Source of the DNA: Candidatus Latescibacterota bacterium
GTDB lineage: Bacteria; Latescibacterota; UBA2968; GCA-2709665
Length of the DNA: 64,000 nt
Direction: 5' to 3'
Assembly: GCA_963667175.2 (NCBI GenBank)
Contig: CAXXXF010000002.1
Location: 1 to 64,000, forward strand
The notes under the pieces were generated by a model, which was not told the DNA's origin, did no database searches, and saw nothing but the letters and a program-made list of their open reading frames with translations. Positions 47,162 to 57,774 of the stretch are shown piece by piece. A program made the translations under genes and the position numbers. Position 1 is the first letter of the stretch. The number at the start of each line of letters is the position of its first letter.

Positions 47162-49459
47162 TCAGGAATTGTGGTCTTTCCTGTCAATCGCCATCAGCAA
47201 TGGGGGAAGCAGCAGAAAGTCAGCGACCAGCGCGAAGATGATCGTGATTGTTACCAGAAGGCCGAGCGCCCAACTCACCTGGAACCCCGACGTGGCGAAC
47301 ACCAGAAAACCCGCCGACAGAACCGCGGTGGTCGTCCACAAGGCATGTCCCACGGTTCGGAACGAGTACCGAACGGCATCGGGCGCGGAGTGACCCTCGC
47401 GTCGGGCTTTCAGATACTTGCTCAGAAAGTGGATCGTATCGTCCACGACAATCCCGAAGACCACGGCGATGACCACCGACGAGGCGATGCCGACGTTGCC
47501 TGCGAGATAGCCCCACAGCCCGAAACTCATGATCGCCGGGATGAAGTTCGGCAGCAGACTCAGGAGCCCGATGCGTACGCTCTTGAATATCCAGATCAGA
47601 ATAAACGATATGAGCGCCATGGCCAGGATCGTTCCCCGCAGCATGCTCTTGATGTTCCGGAGCGACAGGTGGGCAAACACAATGCTCAGGCCCGACGCCT
47701 CCTGCGAGAACGCCGGTGCATTGGTGCGAAGCCAGGCCTGCGCGCGCTGGTCGAGTTCACGCAAATCGCGTGACCACGCGTTCCTCGTGGTCACGACCAT
47801 TCGGGTAGCGGACTTTGCGACGTCGATGCGATCATTGAGATCGCTTCCGAACGGCAACGAGAGTTCGTAGAGCAGCAGGTATTGCGCCGCGAGGTCGGGA
47901 TCTTCCGGCAGGCGATGAAAAGCCGGATCGTCTCCGTGCATGTTCATGTTGAGCCGTTTCATGACGTCCGAAAACACCTGGACGTGCGTCACCTCGGGTT
48001 GCTCCCTGTACCATCTGGCGAAAGCGTCGATCCGGCGCAGATACTCGGGGTCGGTGATACCGCCTTCCCGCCCCGCGTTCAGAGAATATTCCAGCTTGTC
48101 CAGCCCGGTCAGATTCTCGATGATATAGTCCGTATCGCGCCGGAACTCGTAGCGGTCGTCGAAATACTGCGCCATATTGTCGCTCAGTTCGATCCGGAAA
48201 ATGCCCAAAGACAGGCAGGCGACCACCAATATCAGAACCGCCAGCAGGAATTTGCGGCAGGCGATGACGACGTCGGCGAAACGGTCGAGCAGGTCGGTAC
48301 CCTGAGACCTGCGGGCAGATACGCGCAGGGGCAAGACGGACAATAGCGCCGGGAGAAGCGTGATCGAGTAGACAAGCGCACAGAGGACGCCGAACGCAAC
48401 ATAGTTGCCCAGAATATGGAAAGGCGGCGAATCCGAGGCATTCAGGCTGAGGAATCCGATCGCGGTCGTAACCGAGGTAATGAATACCGGATAGATATTG
48501 ATGCGAAATGACTCGGCAATCGCCGCGTTCCTGGCCAGGCCGCGCCTCATTCCCAACAGAACACTCGTGACAATATGGATGGCGTCGGCCATGGCGATCA
48601 CCATGACGATTATCGGTATCCCCGCGTTTGTAGGGCTGAATACCACACGGCCCCAGCCGGCGAATCCCATGGTGGTATTGATGACAAACACAATCACGGC
48701 GACGATCGCCACGGTGCTGAGGACAGAGCGCAGAAGGACAATCGTTGCGCCTATTATAATCACGAACACGATCGGCGTGAGGGTCCGCATGTCGTCCTGT
48801 GTGGCATCGGAGAAAGTCCTGTTCATGACGACGTCGCCGGTGAGGTGGTAGGCGAACTGCGGATGCTGCACCCGGGCCTGATTCAGAAGCGCAACCAGAT
48901 AGTCGGTTATTTCGATGACGGCCTGGTCCGGATTTTCCGGCAGAACGAAGTTTACGGCAACACCGGCTGTGCGTCCGTCGTGGGAAACCAGGCGTCCGGC
49001 GATTTCGACGGCGTCCAGCGCGGTCTTTTCGATTCGCGCCAGATCGGCGTCGCTCAGCCCCTGCGTATCCTCCACAAGCGGCGCCACGACAAGCTCATCC
49101 TCGAACGCCTCGCTGTGGGTATAGTTGCTGAGGGAGTTGACGCGGCTGGAGTACGGGGCGCGCCACGCGGCATCGGTCAACTCCACAACCGCGCCGAGAC
49201 CTTCGCGCGTGAACACGGCGCCCTCTTTGGGGGTAATGGCAATCAACGCCGCGTTGGAGGTGGAGTAGGTGTTCTCCAACGCATCGAAAGCGAGGAGCTG
49301 CGGATTGTCTTCGCTGAAAAGTACGCGGTAGTCGTTTGTCACCGTGATGAAACGAGCGCCGGCCGTCATGGCGGCCATGAGCAGCGTCGCCAGCACGAGC
49401 ACAATCCACCGGTAGCGCAGAATGCTATCTATGTATCGATCCAGGAGCGCAAGAGTCAT
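47162..49459 (-). CDS. MMPL/RND-superfamily transporter
   Basis: Two membrane halves; ADAIH, TSVTTAIGF, GIVVDDTIHF and LLPPLL motifs. Confidence 0.9.
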   Translation of the reverse strand: MTLALLDRYIDSILRYRWIVLVLATLLMAAMTAGARFITVTNDYRVLFSEDNPQLLAFDALENTYSTSNAALIAITPKEGAVFTREGLGAVVELTDAAWRAPYSSRVNSLSNYTHSEAFEDELVVAPLVEDTQGLSDADLARIEKTALDAVEIAGRLVSHDGRTAGVAVNFVLPENPDQAVIEITDYLVALLNQARVQHPQFAYHLTGDVVMNRTFSDATQDDMRTLTPIVFVIIIGATIVLLRSVLSTVAIVAVIVFVINTTMGFAGWGRVVFSPTNAGIPIIVMVIAMADAIHIVTSVLLGMRRGLARNAAIAESFRINIYPVFITSVTTAIGFLSLNASDSPPFHILGNYVAFGVLCALVYSITLLPALLSVLPLRVSARRSQGTDLLDRFADVVIACRKFLLAVLILVVACLSLGIFRIELSDNMAQYFDDRYEFRRDTDYIIENLTGLDKLEYSLNAGREGGITDPEYLRRIDAFARWYREQPEVTHVQVFSDVMKRLNMNMHGDDPAFHRLPEDPDLAAQYLLLYELSLPFGSDLNDRIDVAKSATRMVVTTRNAWSRDLRELDQRAQAWLRTNAPAFSQEASGLSIVFAHLSLRNIKSMLRGTILAMALISFILIWIFKSVRIGLLSLLPNFIPAIMSFGLWGYLAGNVGIASSVVIAVVFGIVVDDTIHFLSKYLKARREGHSAPDAVRYSFRTVGHALWTTTAVLSAGFLVFATSGFQVSWALGLLVTITIIFALVADFLLLPPLLMAIDRKDHNS

Positions 49460-49619
49460 CGCCGCTCCCAATCCCGTCCGGAAGCGGCGATGACCTCAAC
49501 GCCGGTTACAGACGACCGTGTCAACACCGGTATATTCAGAGAAGTTCGTCCCATTCAGACTATCGTTCTCCGGCTAACGACTCGCCGGCGGAGGTCGCAA
49601 TCCCCGGCGCCGGCATCGA

Positions 49620-50792
49620 TCAATACGGGGCCGACTTCGATGACTGGACGTGATCGGGCATCCGGTAGCTCATTCCGCCCAGACCGGCCTCATCGTACAC
49701 CGAAATCTCGAGCATCTGCGTGAAATTTTCCGATCGGATCGACTGCTTGCTCTTCAGCAGATGCTGAAAGCGCTGTTTCAGCCGATACGCCAACAGTACC
49801 CCGAATGTATTGGTTCTTGGAAATTGCAGTTGGTCCGCCAGTTTGTTTCCGATCAGTGATCTGGACAGGCGGTAAGCCAGGGCTTTCACGTCTCGCTGCT
49901 CATCGGGGTCTTCGATACCCGCGGTCAGAGGAATGGCTTCGACCAGAGCGTTCGCCATCGTGGCCGAATCGTGATCCGGTTCCGGTTCGCACATCAGGGC
50001 GATCTTGAATATCTCCCTGGCTTGCGCTTCATCGGTAAACAGGATGGAGTGAGGCACACCCATCACGTGACCGGCGTACCGCCAGATCCGGATGATGCTG
50101 TCTCTCTCCTCCAGGTTAAAGGTAGCCCCCACGGAAGTCGAGTGTTGCAGCAAGCGCATGGAGAAGACAGTCATGGCAAAACCGAGGTGCGCCGCACTCA
50201 ACGGAATCCCCCACGCTTCGGTATTCCACTCGTCGGAATGCGCCAGCAGATGCCTCACCCGTGCGTGGACGAACCGAAGGCGCATGGACAGCTTCCAGCC
50301 GTCCCCGTCTCTCCGCAAGCCCCCCGGGAAGAACAGTTCCAGGAGATGGCGGTTGTTCTGCATCAGGCGCCTTCTTGCGGTCGAACGGTTCAACACGCGC
50401 CCGGTCGTCGCGAATGATTTCGCGATCATGGTCGCAAACCCTTCGATCAGTACGCCCGTGACGAATCCGACAAGAATATTTGTCGTATTCAAATGAAAGG
50501 CGCGCATCCCGGATCGGAAGGATTCGTAATCGAACCACGGGGGATCTTCGAGATTGTCGAAGAAATCGCGCATCGACTGAGGGGCATCGCGAAAGGCGTC
50601 GTCGTCCTGGTCGATGCCCGCCTTGATGAATCGGTGCAGTTCCTGAGGAGGCAGGGAGGCGACGTCATCCATAACCGGATCGAGCGCCGGGTCGCCGACG
50701 GTCGTGTGCCGGATATAGTTGTCGGCAAGCGCCTGATCGTATTGGCGGGCTTTCGGGTAGCCGTCAATATATGCGGAAGGGACCGTTAAGAT
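49620..50792 (-). CDS. MpaB/rubber-oxygenase (DUF2236/Lcp-like) heme oxygenase; apparent ATC start
   Basis: GDP.LD, PPWFD, TGRV...RRL and RLRFVHARVR...WGIPLS motifs. The frame is open 40 codons upstream of ATG 50672, to an ATC behind AAGGAG. Confidence 0.85.
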   Translation of the reverse strand: MLTVPSAYIDGYPKARQYDQALADNYIRHTTVGDPALDPVMDDVASLPPQELHRFIKAGIDQDDDAFRDAPQSMRDFFDNLEDPPWFDYESFRSGMRAFHLNTTNILVGFVTGVLIEGFATMIAKSFATTGRVLNRSTARRRLMQNNRHLLELFFPGGLRRDGDGWKLSMRLRFVHARVRHLLAHSDEWNTEAWGIPLSAAHLGFAMTVFSMRLLQHSTSVGATFNLEERDSIIRIWRYAGHVMGVPHSILFTDEAQAREIFKIALMCEPEPDHDSATMANALVEAIPLTAGIEDPDEQRDVKALAYRLSRSLIGNKLADQLQFPRTNTFGVLLAYRLKQRFQHLLKSKQSIRSENFTQMLEISVYDEAGLGGMSYRMPDHVQSSKSAPY

Positions 50793-51122
50793 GCCGATTT
50801 CTCCTTACGATGTCTTCAACGCGCTCCCGAACCCGCCGGCAGAATTGCCCTTGTTGGCCTAAATCCGCCGGCTCGAAAAGTTCAACCGGACAATCACTTA
50901 ATCTAATACAAAAACACTGAAATATAGCGGCCAATTGCTGCAAAGTCAACAGCATTCATTCGATCAATCCGCCTGGTTTCGGCCATGTACCGAACCCTGG
51001 TCCGATGGCGTCATCCGCAGACCAAACAGACTCCGTTTCCTTTATCAATGCCTGCCATGGCATGCAAGAAACCGGGTCGAAATCGAAAGAGAACCCCATG
51101 TTGCAACGGGAAAGATTCCCAA

Positions 51123-51176
51123 TATCAGGCTGATTCAAAATTAATTCTTGACATAGCCTGATACACGCGTTAGTTT
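51123..51176 (+). promoter_or_regulatory. Promoter with a flanking inverted repeat for the AAA gene
   Basis: TATCAGGCT...AGCCTGATA around TTGACA (51148); -10 TAGTTT at 17 bp spacing. Confidence 0.55.
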
Positions 51177-51181
51177 TTGGT

Positions 51182-52390
51182 ATGATCACACGCGATCTGA
51201 CGCCAAGACTCGAAAAGTCTGCGCGCACGTTCCCCTCCATTACACTTACCGGCCCGCGGCAAAGTGGAAAAACGACACTTTGCAGGGCCATATTTCCCGA
51301 TCATCGATACACAACCCTGGAGTCTCCTGACGTTCGCGCATTCGCTGCGGAAGATCCACGGGCCTTTCTGGCTCAGTTTCCGGACGGCGCCATCATCGAC
51401 GAGGTGCAACGGGCGCCCGCACTGCTTTCCTACCTGCAGGGAATTATCGACGATGACCCGGCGCCCGGACGCTGGGTCCTGACGGGATCGCAGAACCTCG
51501 CCCTGCTGGCGTCGGTAAGCCAGTCGTTAGCCGGAAGGACCGCGGTGTACTATCTGTTGCCGCTCACCCGCGGCGAAGTCGAGCGATTTCCCCGGTTCCC
51601 TGAGAATCTGGAAGAAACCCTCTTTACGGGTTCATATCCACGCATATTCGACGATGGCCCGGATCCATCCGACTGGATCCGTTCGTACGTTGCCACCTAT
51701 ATCGAACGCGACGTGCGGACGATCACCAACGTGGGAGACCTGGGTACATTCCAACGATTTCTCGAATTATGCGCCGGCCGGACGGCGCAGTTGCTGAACC
51801 TCTCCTCCGTCGCCGACGACTGCGGGATTTCCCAGCCAACCGCAAAGGCCTGGTTAAGCATACTTGAAACCGGCTTTATCACCTTCAGGCTGCCGGCATT
51901 TCACGCCAATCTTCGCAAGCGCCTCGTAAAAATGCCCAAACTGCACTTCTACGACGCGGGGCTCGTCTGCTGGCTGCTCGGTATCCGCACCCCTGAACAG
52001 TTAAGGAATCATCCTCTGCGCGGCCCTATTTTCGAGACATGGGTCGTCTCGGAAATCGCAAAGCACCGAAACAACCAGGGTGAAACGGGTGGTCTGTCGT
52101 TTTACCGGGACCGAAACGGGGCGGAGGCCGACCTGATTATCGAGCATCCGTCCCGCATCGTGCTCGTGGAGTCCAAGTCCGCCAATACGCCGTCGTCGAG
52201 TCTGTTTGACAGCACCGGTCGCGTCCAAAAACATCTCACCCGGTTACCCTTGCCAAGTTCCGTCTTCGTCGCGTACGGTGGTAACGAACACCAGCGTCGA
52301 GCGCGGGGCACCCTTGTTCCATGGCGCGACCTCCACGAAGCGGCGTTTCAGATCAACCGATCAGCAGGCGAAACTGCGAAGGTTCGGTGA
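51182..52390 (+). CDS. AAA_14 ATPase + DUF4143 protein
   Basis: GPRQSGKTT, IIDEVQ, LTGS, SLAGR, KMPKLHFYD and EADL...VESK motifs. Confidence 0.92.
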   Translation: MITRDLTPRLEKSARTFPSITLTGPRQSGKTTLCRAIFPDHRYTTLESPDVRAFAAEDPRAFLAQFPDGAIIDEVQRAPALLSYLQGIIDDDPAPGRWVLTGSQNLALLASVSQSLAGRTAVYYLLPLTRGEVERFPRFPENLEETLFTGSYPRIFDDGPDPSDWIRSYVATYIERDVRTITNVGDLGTFQRFLELCAGRTAQLLNLSSVADDCGISQPTAKAWLSILETGFITFRLPAFHANLRKRLVKMPKLHFYDAGLVCWLLGIRTPEQLRNHPLRGPIFETWVVSEIAKHRNNQGETGGLSFYRDRNGAEADLIIEHPSRIVLVESKSANTPSSSLFDSTGRVQKHLTRLPLPSSVFVAYGGNEHQRRARGTLVPWRDLHEAAFQINRSAGETAKVR

Positions 52391-52665
52391 CTTGCTCCGA
52401 CTCACGGTCTGATCGCCAAATGGCCTCGGTTGATCTCCGCGGGTCGTTGCAGTGGACTGTTCTACAGTTTCAATCTGATCAAGGTACCATGAAGTACAGT
52501 CCAATAGGCTATGGCTGCAACCAAATGCAGTTCCCCGCTCTACACCTTTCAAAGAGGCTATATTAGTATATTTCAAATTTTAATTTTGAATTAGCCTATT
52601 CTTGTGCATTCCGACGCCGTACAGCCGCGCGTCTCGGTCCCTGGCGCAGGCGCCCCTTGATCTGA

Positions 52666-53955
52666 ATGAGTACTGGAAAGGCAGATATGGATCTGGACCG
52701 GGTTGTCACGCAACTGGGAATCGAGCAAAGCCGGAATGTCCTCGAGTCGGAATGGGAGGTCTCCCGGAATGCGATGCCGGAAGGCAAGGTCGGTTTTCTG
52801 TCGCCAGAGTTCGTGATCGATGCCTGCCGGGGGATTTTTCTGCCGAATGAACTTGTGCAGGCCGCCGCCGCCGCGGCGGCACGTGTCGCGGAAAACCCCG
52901 CGATGCGCGCTTTGGCCTGGCACTGCCACTGGTGCCTCTACCGCGTGACGGGATATCCCAGCCGGTCCGCGGACAGTTGGCCGTGTATGGCAGGGCCGCT
53001 TGGGGAATCGGCAGGCATGTTCTATCTGCTGGTGCTGCTGTCACGCTTTCGTGAAATGCGAGCGATACACCGGGGGCACGGAATTCCGGAACGGGTCGTG
53101 CGCGACAGCATGGATCAGATTTTTCTCAGGGGCGAGACCTGCAGCGAAATCTTCGGCCGGTGGGGGCTGGACGGACACGCGGCCCGCTGGCTGGCGAATT
53201 TCCTCCGCGGCGACATCTACGCCCTGGGCCGGCTCGAACACCAGTTCAACGTGATGAACGACCCGTTTCGCGTCTATCGCCACCGGGAGTCGTCGATGGT
53301 CGTCGCATTGAGCGAAGACGGCGTCTCCTATCGCCGCGACGGTCAGCGCCATAGAGCCGGAGACCCGCCGGCGGCGTGGACCTCCCGGATCCTGGTCACT
53401 GACGACATGATTGCCGGCCACCCCATTCTCCCCACCGGCCGCGCCGCCGCCAGCATCGTGACGCTTGCCGCGGCCGACTGGGTTCCTGTCCTTCAGCGCG
53501 GCGATCCCGTGCTTTACTTTCACATTCCGGGCGGAATCCCGCTGGAGCATGCCGCGTGCGGAGATTCCTTCAAAGCGGCAATGGACTTCTTTCCCCGCCA
53601 TTTTCCAGATCGCCCGTACAAAGCGTTCTTCTGCGGTTCCTGGCTGCTCGACACCCAGTTGGAAGACTGGCTGCCGGAAGGGTCGAATCTGGTGCGTTTC
53701 CTGCGGGAGTTCTACCTGGTGCCCGGCGGCATTTCCCATCGGTCCATTCTGCAGACGGTGTTCGGGGACGCGGCCGACGACCTGAGCAGGGCGCCCGGCG
53801 ACACGTCGCTTCAGCGGGCAATGCTGGAGCATGTGTCCTCGGGCCGGCCCATCGATCCGCGCGCCGGGAAATGCTTTATGTTCCCTGAAGATCTGGACTG
53901 GGGTCGCCAGGTATACCGATCATCGAAATTTCCGTGGCATCTGTTACAGGTATGA
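52666..53955 (+). CDS. GNAT-like acyltransferase-domain protein (DUF5596-like)
   Basis: LGRLEH, HIPGG.PL, C.SWLLD.QL, SNLVRF and TSLQRA motifs. Confidence 0.75.
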   Translation: MSTGKADMDLDRVVTQLGIEQSRNVLESEWEVSRNAMPEGKVGFLSPEFVIDACRGIFLPNELVQAAAAAAARVAENPAMRALAWHCHWCLYRVTGYPSRSADSWPCMAGPLGESAGMFYLLVLLSRFREMRAIHRGHGIPERVVRDSMDQIFLRGETCSEIFGRWGLDGHAARWLANFLRGDIYALGRLEHQFNVMNDPFRVYRHRESSMVVALSEDGVSYRRDGQRHRAGDPPAAWTSRILVTDDMIAGHPILPTGRAAASIVTLAAADWVPVLQRGDPVLYFHIPGGIPLEHAACGDSFKAAMDFFPRHFPDRPYKAFFCGSWLLDTQLEDWLPEGSNLVRFLREFYLVPGGISHRSILQTVFGDAADDLSRAPGDTSLQRAMLEHVSSGRPIDPRAGKCFMFPEDLDWGRQVYRSSKFPWHLLQV

Positions 53956-54019
53956 ATTGACGGCGCATCCCAAAGGACCGTTGATTGCGGATCGCGAATG
54001 GACAAACAAGGAGGTTGGC

Positions 54020-55150
54020 ATGGAGCGGTTCGGACAGCTGGAGCTGGACTACCTGGCGAAGGTTATCGCCAGCGGGACGCTGAACAGCAAGTCAGGCAAA
54101 TTCACCTCCCAATTGGAGGAGCGATTCGCAAACTGGGTGGGCGCCGAATACGCGGTGGCGATGAACAGCGCGATGAGCGTGCTGCACACCGCCGTGGCGG
54201 CCGCGGGCGTTGGTCCGGGCGTGGAGGTGATCTGCGACCCGGTGGTCCACTTCGGAGGCGCGGCGGTTATGTATCACAACGGGGTGCCGGTATTCTGCGA
54301 TATCATCGAGGACAGCTGGAATATGGATCACGAATCGCTGGAGGCGTCCATCACGGAACACACGGGCGCCGTCATCTGCACGCCGATGTGGGGAAACCCG
54401 CCGGATTACGACGGGATTCTCCGGGTGGCGGACCGGCACGGGCTGCCCGTGATCGAAGACGTGGCGCATGGGGTCGGGGGTTCGTACCACGGCAGGCCTC
54501 TGGGAACGCTTGGGTCGATCGGATCGTACAGTTTTCAGGAGGCCAAACACCTCACCAGCGGCGACGGCGGCATGGCGGTGACCGACCGTCCCGAGATGCT
54601 GCAGAAGATGCTCGAGATGAGGATCATCAAGACGTCGCTCGGCTGGAATTATCGCATGACGGAACTGCAGGCCGGTGTGATGCTGGCGCAGATGGAACGG
54701 GCGGACGACGTCATCGCGGCGCATCACAGGGCCGGGGCGCTCTATTGCGAGGCGGCGAAGGAATCCCCCTGGCTCGTTCCCCAGCGCGTCGAAGATGAAT
54801 GTGTCCATGCCTATCACGCCGTTGCCTTTCGTTTCGAAGGCGACCGCGAGGGGATTCCCGTAGAGCGTTTTCAGAAGACCATGGTCGATCACGGATGTCC
54901 GGTCTCGATCGGGTATAAGCGACGTTCTGCCGCCGAAGATCCGATCTTCACGGAGGTCCTTGCGTATGGCAAAGGGTGTCCCATCCGGTGCCCCCATTAC
55001 GGAGGCCAGGCGCGCTACGGACCAGGCGTGACGCCCGTGGCCGATCGCGCCGTGCCCCGCATGGTCGTGATGCCGATGGACGTTTATACGCCGGGAAAGA
55101 CAGAGGAATATTCGGAAAAGATCCACGCTGGGCTCAAGGCGCTCGGGTAG
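54020..55150 (+). CDS. DegT/DnrJ/EryC1/StrS aminotransferase
   Basis: VIEDVAH, YSFQEAKHLTSGDGG and GWNYRMTELQA motifs; RBS AAGGAGG. Confidence 0.92.
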   Translation: MERFGQLELDYLAKVIASGTLNSKSGKFTSQLEERFANWVGAEYAVAMNSAMSVLHTAVAAAGVGPGVEVICDPVVHFGGAAVMYHNGVPVFCDIIEDSWNMDHESLEASITEHTGAVICTPMWGNPPDYDGILRVADRHGLPVIEDVAHGVGGSYHGRPLGTLGSIGSYSFQEAKHLTSGDGGMAVTDRPEMLQKMLEMRIIKTSLGWNYRMTELQAGVMLAQMERADDVIAAHHRAGALYCEAAKESPWLVPQRVEDECVHAYHAVAFRFEGDREGIPVERFQKTMVDHGCPVSIGYKRRSAAEDPIFTEVLAYGKGCPIRCPHYGGQARYGPGVTPVADRAVPRMVVMPMDVYTPGKTEEYSEKIHAGLKALG

Positions 55151-55185
55151 GAGACCGCCGGCAGCGGAAACGCAGGGGCAGGACG

Positions 55186-56046
55186 CTAGTGCCCGTGCGT
55201 TTCTTCCATTCCGTGTACCACGCTGGACTCAACGAAGTAGAGGCCGTAGGCCAGACCGATTCCCACGAGAAGGGATACAATGAGTTTGCCGCGGTCGTGG
55301 CTGTGGAATTGGATCTCGGGCAGCAGATCGCTCAGGGCAATGCACAGGAACGCGCCGGCGGCAAATGCAAGCACATAGCCGATGACCGAGCCGTCGTCCG
55401 GGCCGAGAAGTCCCACGCCCCAGAAACTGGCAAGAGCGACAATCGGACACAATGAAGCAAACGCGACGTTTGCCGCCGCGCGCGCGCGCGCGCCGTAGCC
55501 CGCGAACTTCATCATCCCAATGATGGAATACGCATCGAGCGGTTTGTGAAGCACGATGGCGAGGAAAACACCGAGTGCGGGCAGCGCCCCGCCGCACTCA
55601 TGCGGCGAACTCACCCGCATGCTGGCGCCCAGGGCGATGCCTTCGGTTACGGTATGTACCCCGAGGCCCGTGGCGACCCCGAACATGCTCCGCGCCTGCG
55701 CGCCTGAACGTCCGTGGTCGTGATGGTCGTACAGTTCGCCCGCCTCGGGGCTGAAGTCGTGCTGATGGAAATGGAAGACGCGCAGCAGAAAGATCATCAG
55801 GATCATTCCGAAGACCACGCACGCCACGGCTTTCTCAACGTTTCCGGGTCCGCTGATCCGTTCCAGACTGTGAGGGAAGAGATGGTACATGGCGATTCCC
55901 AGGATAAAACCCGCCACGAGGCTCATCAGGACCTGTATCCGCACGTGGGTCATGGATCCCAGAACGGCCAGTCTCCCGCCAATATACGAAACGGCGAAGA
56001 TGCCGAGTGAATATCCGAGAATAATCAGTAGCCCGTCGTCATCCAC
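55186..56046 (-). CDS. ZIP-family metal transporter
   Basis: HTVTEG, LHKPLD and SDLLPE motifs; His-rich loop. Confidence 0.9.
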   Translation of the reverse strand: MDDDGLLIILGYSLGIFAVSYIGGRLAVLGSMTHVRIQVLMSLVAGFILGIAMYHLFPHSLERISGPGNVEKAVACVVFGMILMIFLLRVFHFHQHDFSPEAGELYDHHDHGRSGAQARSMFGVATGLGVHTVTEGIALGASMRVSSPHECGGALPALGVFLAIVLHKPLDAYSIIGMMKFAGYGARARAAANVAFASLCPIVALASFWGVGLLGPDDGSVIGYVLAFAAGAFLCIALSDLLPEIQFHSHDRGKLIVSLLVGIGLAYGLYFVESSVVHGMEETHGH

Positions 56047-56252
56047 GAAAACCTCACGTCAATCCGGCTTGTGAATCCGCTCTGTCCTCTGAGGCGTCTG
56101 CGCGCCTGCCGGCGCGGCGGCAATTACGGTGTATTTTCGCCGGATACCGAACCGGGAACTCCCTTGGGGGACGGCGGAGTCACGCGCTAATCGTGGCTTT
56201 CTTGAGCCTCATTGCCTTTCCTCGTCAATAAGGGCGCACCGGTCGCCGGGCG

Positions 56253-57608
56253 TCACCGGTTGCGGGTCAACCGATCCCAGGCCACGCGCCAGCGCTTCGA
56301 CAGGGGCCGGATGTTCAGCACCAGGTCCTCCCACCCGCTGCGGAGCGCGCCCGCCCGGAAACGCCAGACGATGAGCGCGACGAGAATGAGGCCCGACCCC
56401 CACTGCAGGACCTGTATGGTCGGCGATTCGGAGGGGCCGAGGTACACCGGAATCGTAAAACCGGTGGCCAGCAACAGCGCGTCGATCACGATTCCGAGAG
56501 CAACCGTCACCGCGACGACCGCCGAGACGTATATGGTCGCGAAACGTGCGCCGAACTGGCTGACGATCATCGCGATCGTACCGGTATTTGTGGCCGGCCC
56601 GGTCATCAGGAAAATCAGCGCCGCCCCGGGACTGAACCCCTTGGCAACGAGGGCCGCCGCGACCGGCGTGCTTGCGGATGCACAGATATATAATGGAACG
56701 CCGACCAGCACCATCACGGGATAGGAGATCCAGCGGGCGTATTCGTTCGTCATCAGATCGCCCGGTATCACCAGAAAGAGCACCCCGCCGAGGGCCACGC
56801 CAACCAGCAGCGCGAAGAGGATGTCGTCCGCAATCTCAACGAAACCGTAGTGAAAGACGTGCTTCACCAGCCTCTTGAAGTCCAGCGCCTGATCGTCGGG
56901 AGAGGGCGAAGCCTTTCCGACTTCGGACGCATCCAGCGCGTCGCGGTAAACGGCCGGCTTCATCCAGGAAAGGGACTTCCATCGGCCGGCCATTCTCGCG
57001 GCGTTCTTCAGCCATTGCACGAAAAGGTCCTTCAGTCGCGAGAAGCTGACGAAGCAGTCGTCTGTTTCAGGAATGAGGGATTCGTGCGAACCGTGGTCAT
57101 GGTCGTGATCGTGCCCATGATCGTGATCATGATCGTGGGCATGGTCATGGTCGTCGTGACGATGATCCGACCCGGGTTCTTCATGGCCGTTACGTATAAG
57201 GCCGATGCAGAAGATGCCGGCGACGCAGGCCGTGATGAAGCTGATGACCGGACGCACGACCGCGGCGACGAATCCGAAGAAGGCGTTTGTGACCAGGATC
57301 GAGTCCGCGCCCGTCTCCGGAGCGGTGATCAGGAAGGACATGCAGGACGAACGGGAGGCGCCCTTCCGGCGCATCTCGGCAACCACGGGTACGACGGAAC
57401 AACTGCACAACGGTAAAGGTACGCCGACGGCCGAACTCACGGCAACGGATTTCAGGCTGTCGTCCTTGAGCCACCGGAGGATGGCCTCACGGGAGATGAA
57501 TACATGGATCAGTCCCGAGAGGAATAGCCCCAGCAATAGCATGGGCGCCAGCAACAGGAAGGACATCCAGAGAAAATCGAAAAAACCGATCAGTGTCTGA
57601 AGAGCCAA
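56253..57608 (-). CDS. DUF318/ArsP-like (SO_0444-type) metal permease with a His/Asp-rich loop
   Basis: PLPLCSCSVVP, PLYICASASTP and GPATN motifs; (HD)n tract. Confidence 0.88.
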   Translation of the reverse strand: MALQTLIGFFDFLWMSFLLLAPMLLLGLFLSGLIHVFISREAILRWLKDDSLKSVAVSSAVGVPLPLCSCSVVPVVAEMRRKGASRSSCMSFLITAPETGADSILVTNAFFGFVAAVVRPVISFITACVAGIFCIGLIRNGHEEPGSDHRHDDHDHAHDHDHDHGHDHDHDHGSHESLIPETDDCFVSFSRLKDLFVQWLKNAARMAGRWKSLSWMKPAVYRDALDASEVGKASPSPDDQALDFKRLVKHVFHYGFVEIADDILFALLVGVALGGVLFLVIPGDLMTNEYARWISYPVMVLVGVPLYICASASTPVAAALVAKGFSPGAALIFLMTGPATNTGTIAMIVSQFGARFATIYVSAVVAVTVALGIVIDALLLATGFTIPVYLGPSESPTIQVLQWGSGLILVALIVWRFRAGALRSGWEDLVLNIRPLSKRWRVAWDRLTRNR

Positions 57609-57774
57609 TCGATTGCCTCCGATGCATTGGACGACGCGAAGGGACCCGTGAAAGGCGTTTCGGAAACCGGGAACGGAAGGCGCAGTTCACACCGAAACAC
57701 GCGCTGTTTCGGCGACCGGCCTGTCCCCTGTCCATGGATACAAAACCCCGCTCCTCTTCAGGGACCGGGGCGGC

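Noticed and set aside
57090-57170. Short tandem repeat (GATCAT/GACCAT)n
   Set aside because: Encodes the His-Asp metal-binding loop of the permease; not a DNA-level element.
57610-57770. Riboswitch in the metal-permease leader
   Set aside because: Some hairpins are present but no recognisable aptamer consensus; an Rfam scan would be needed.
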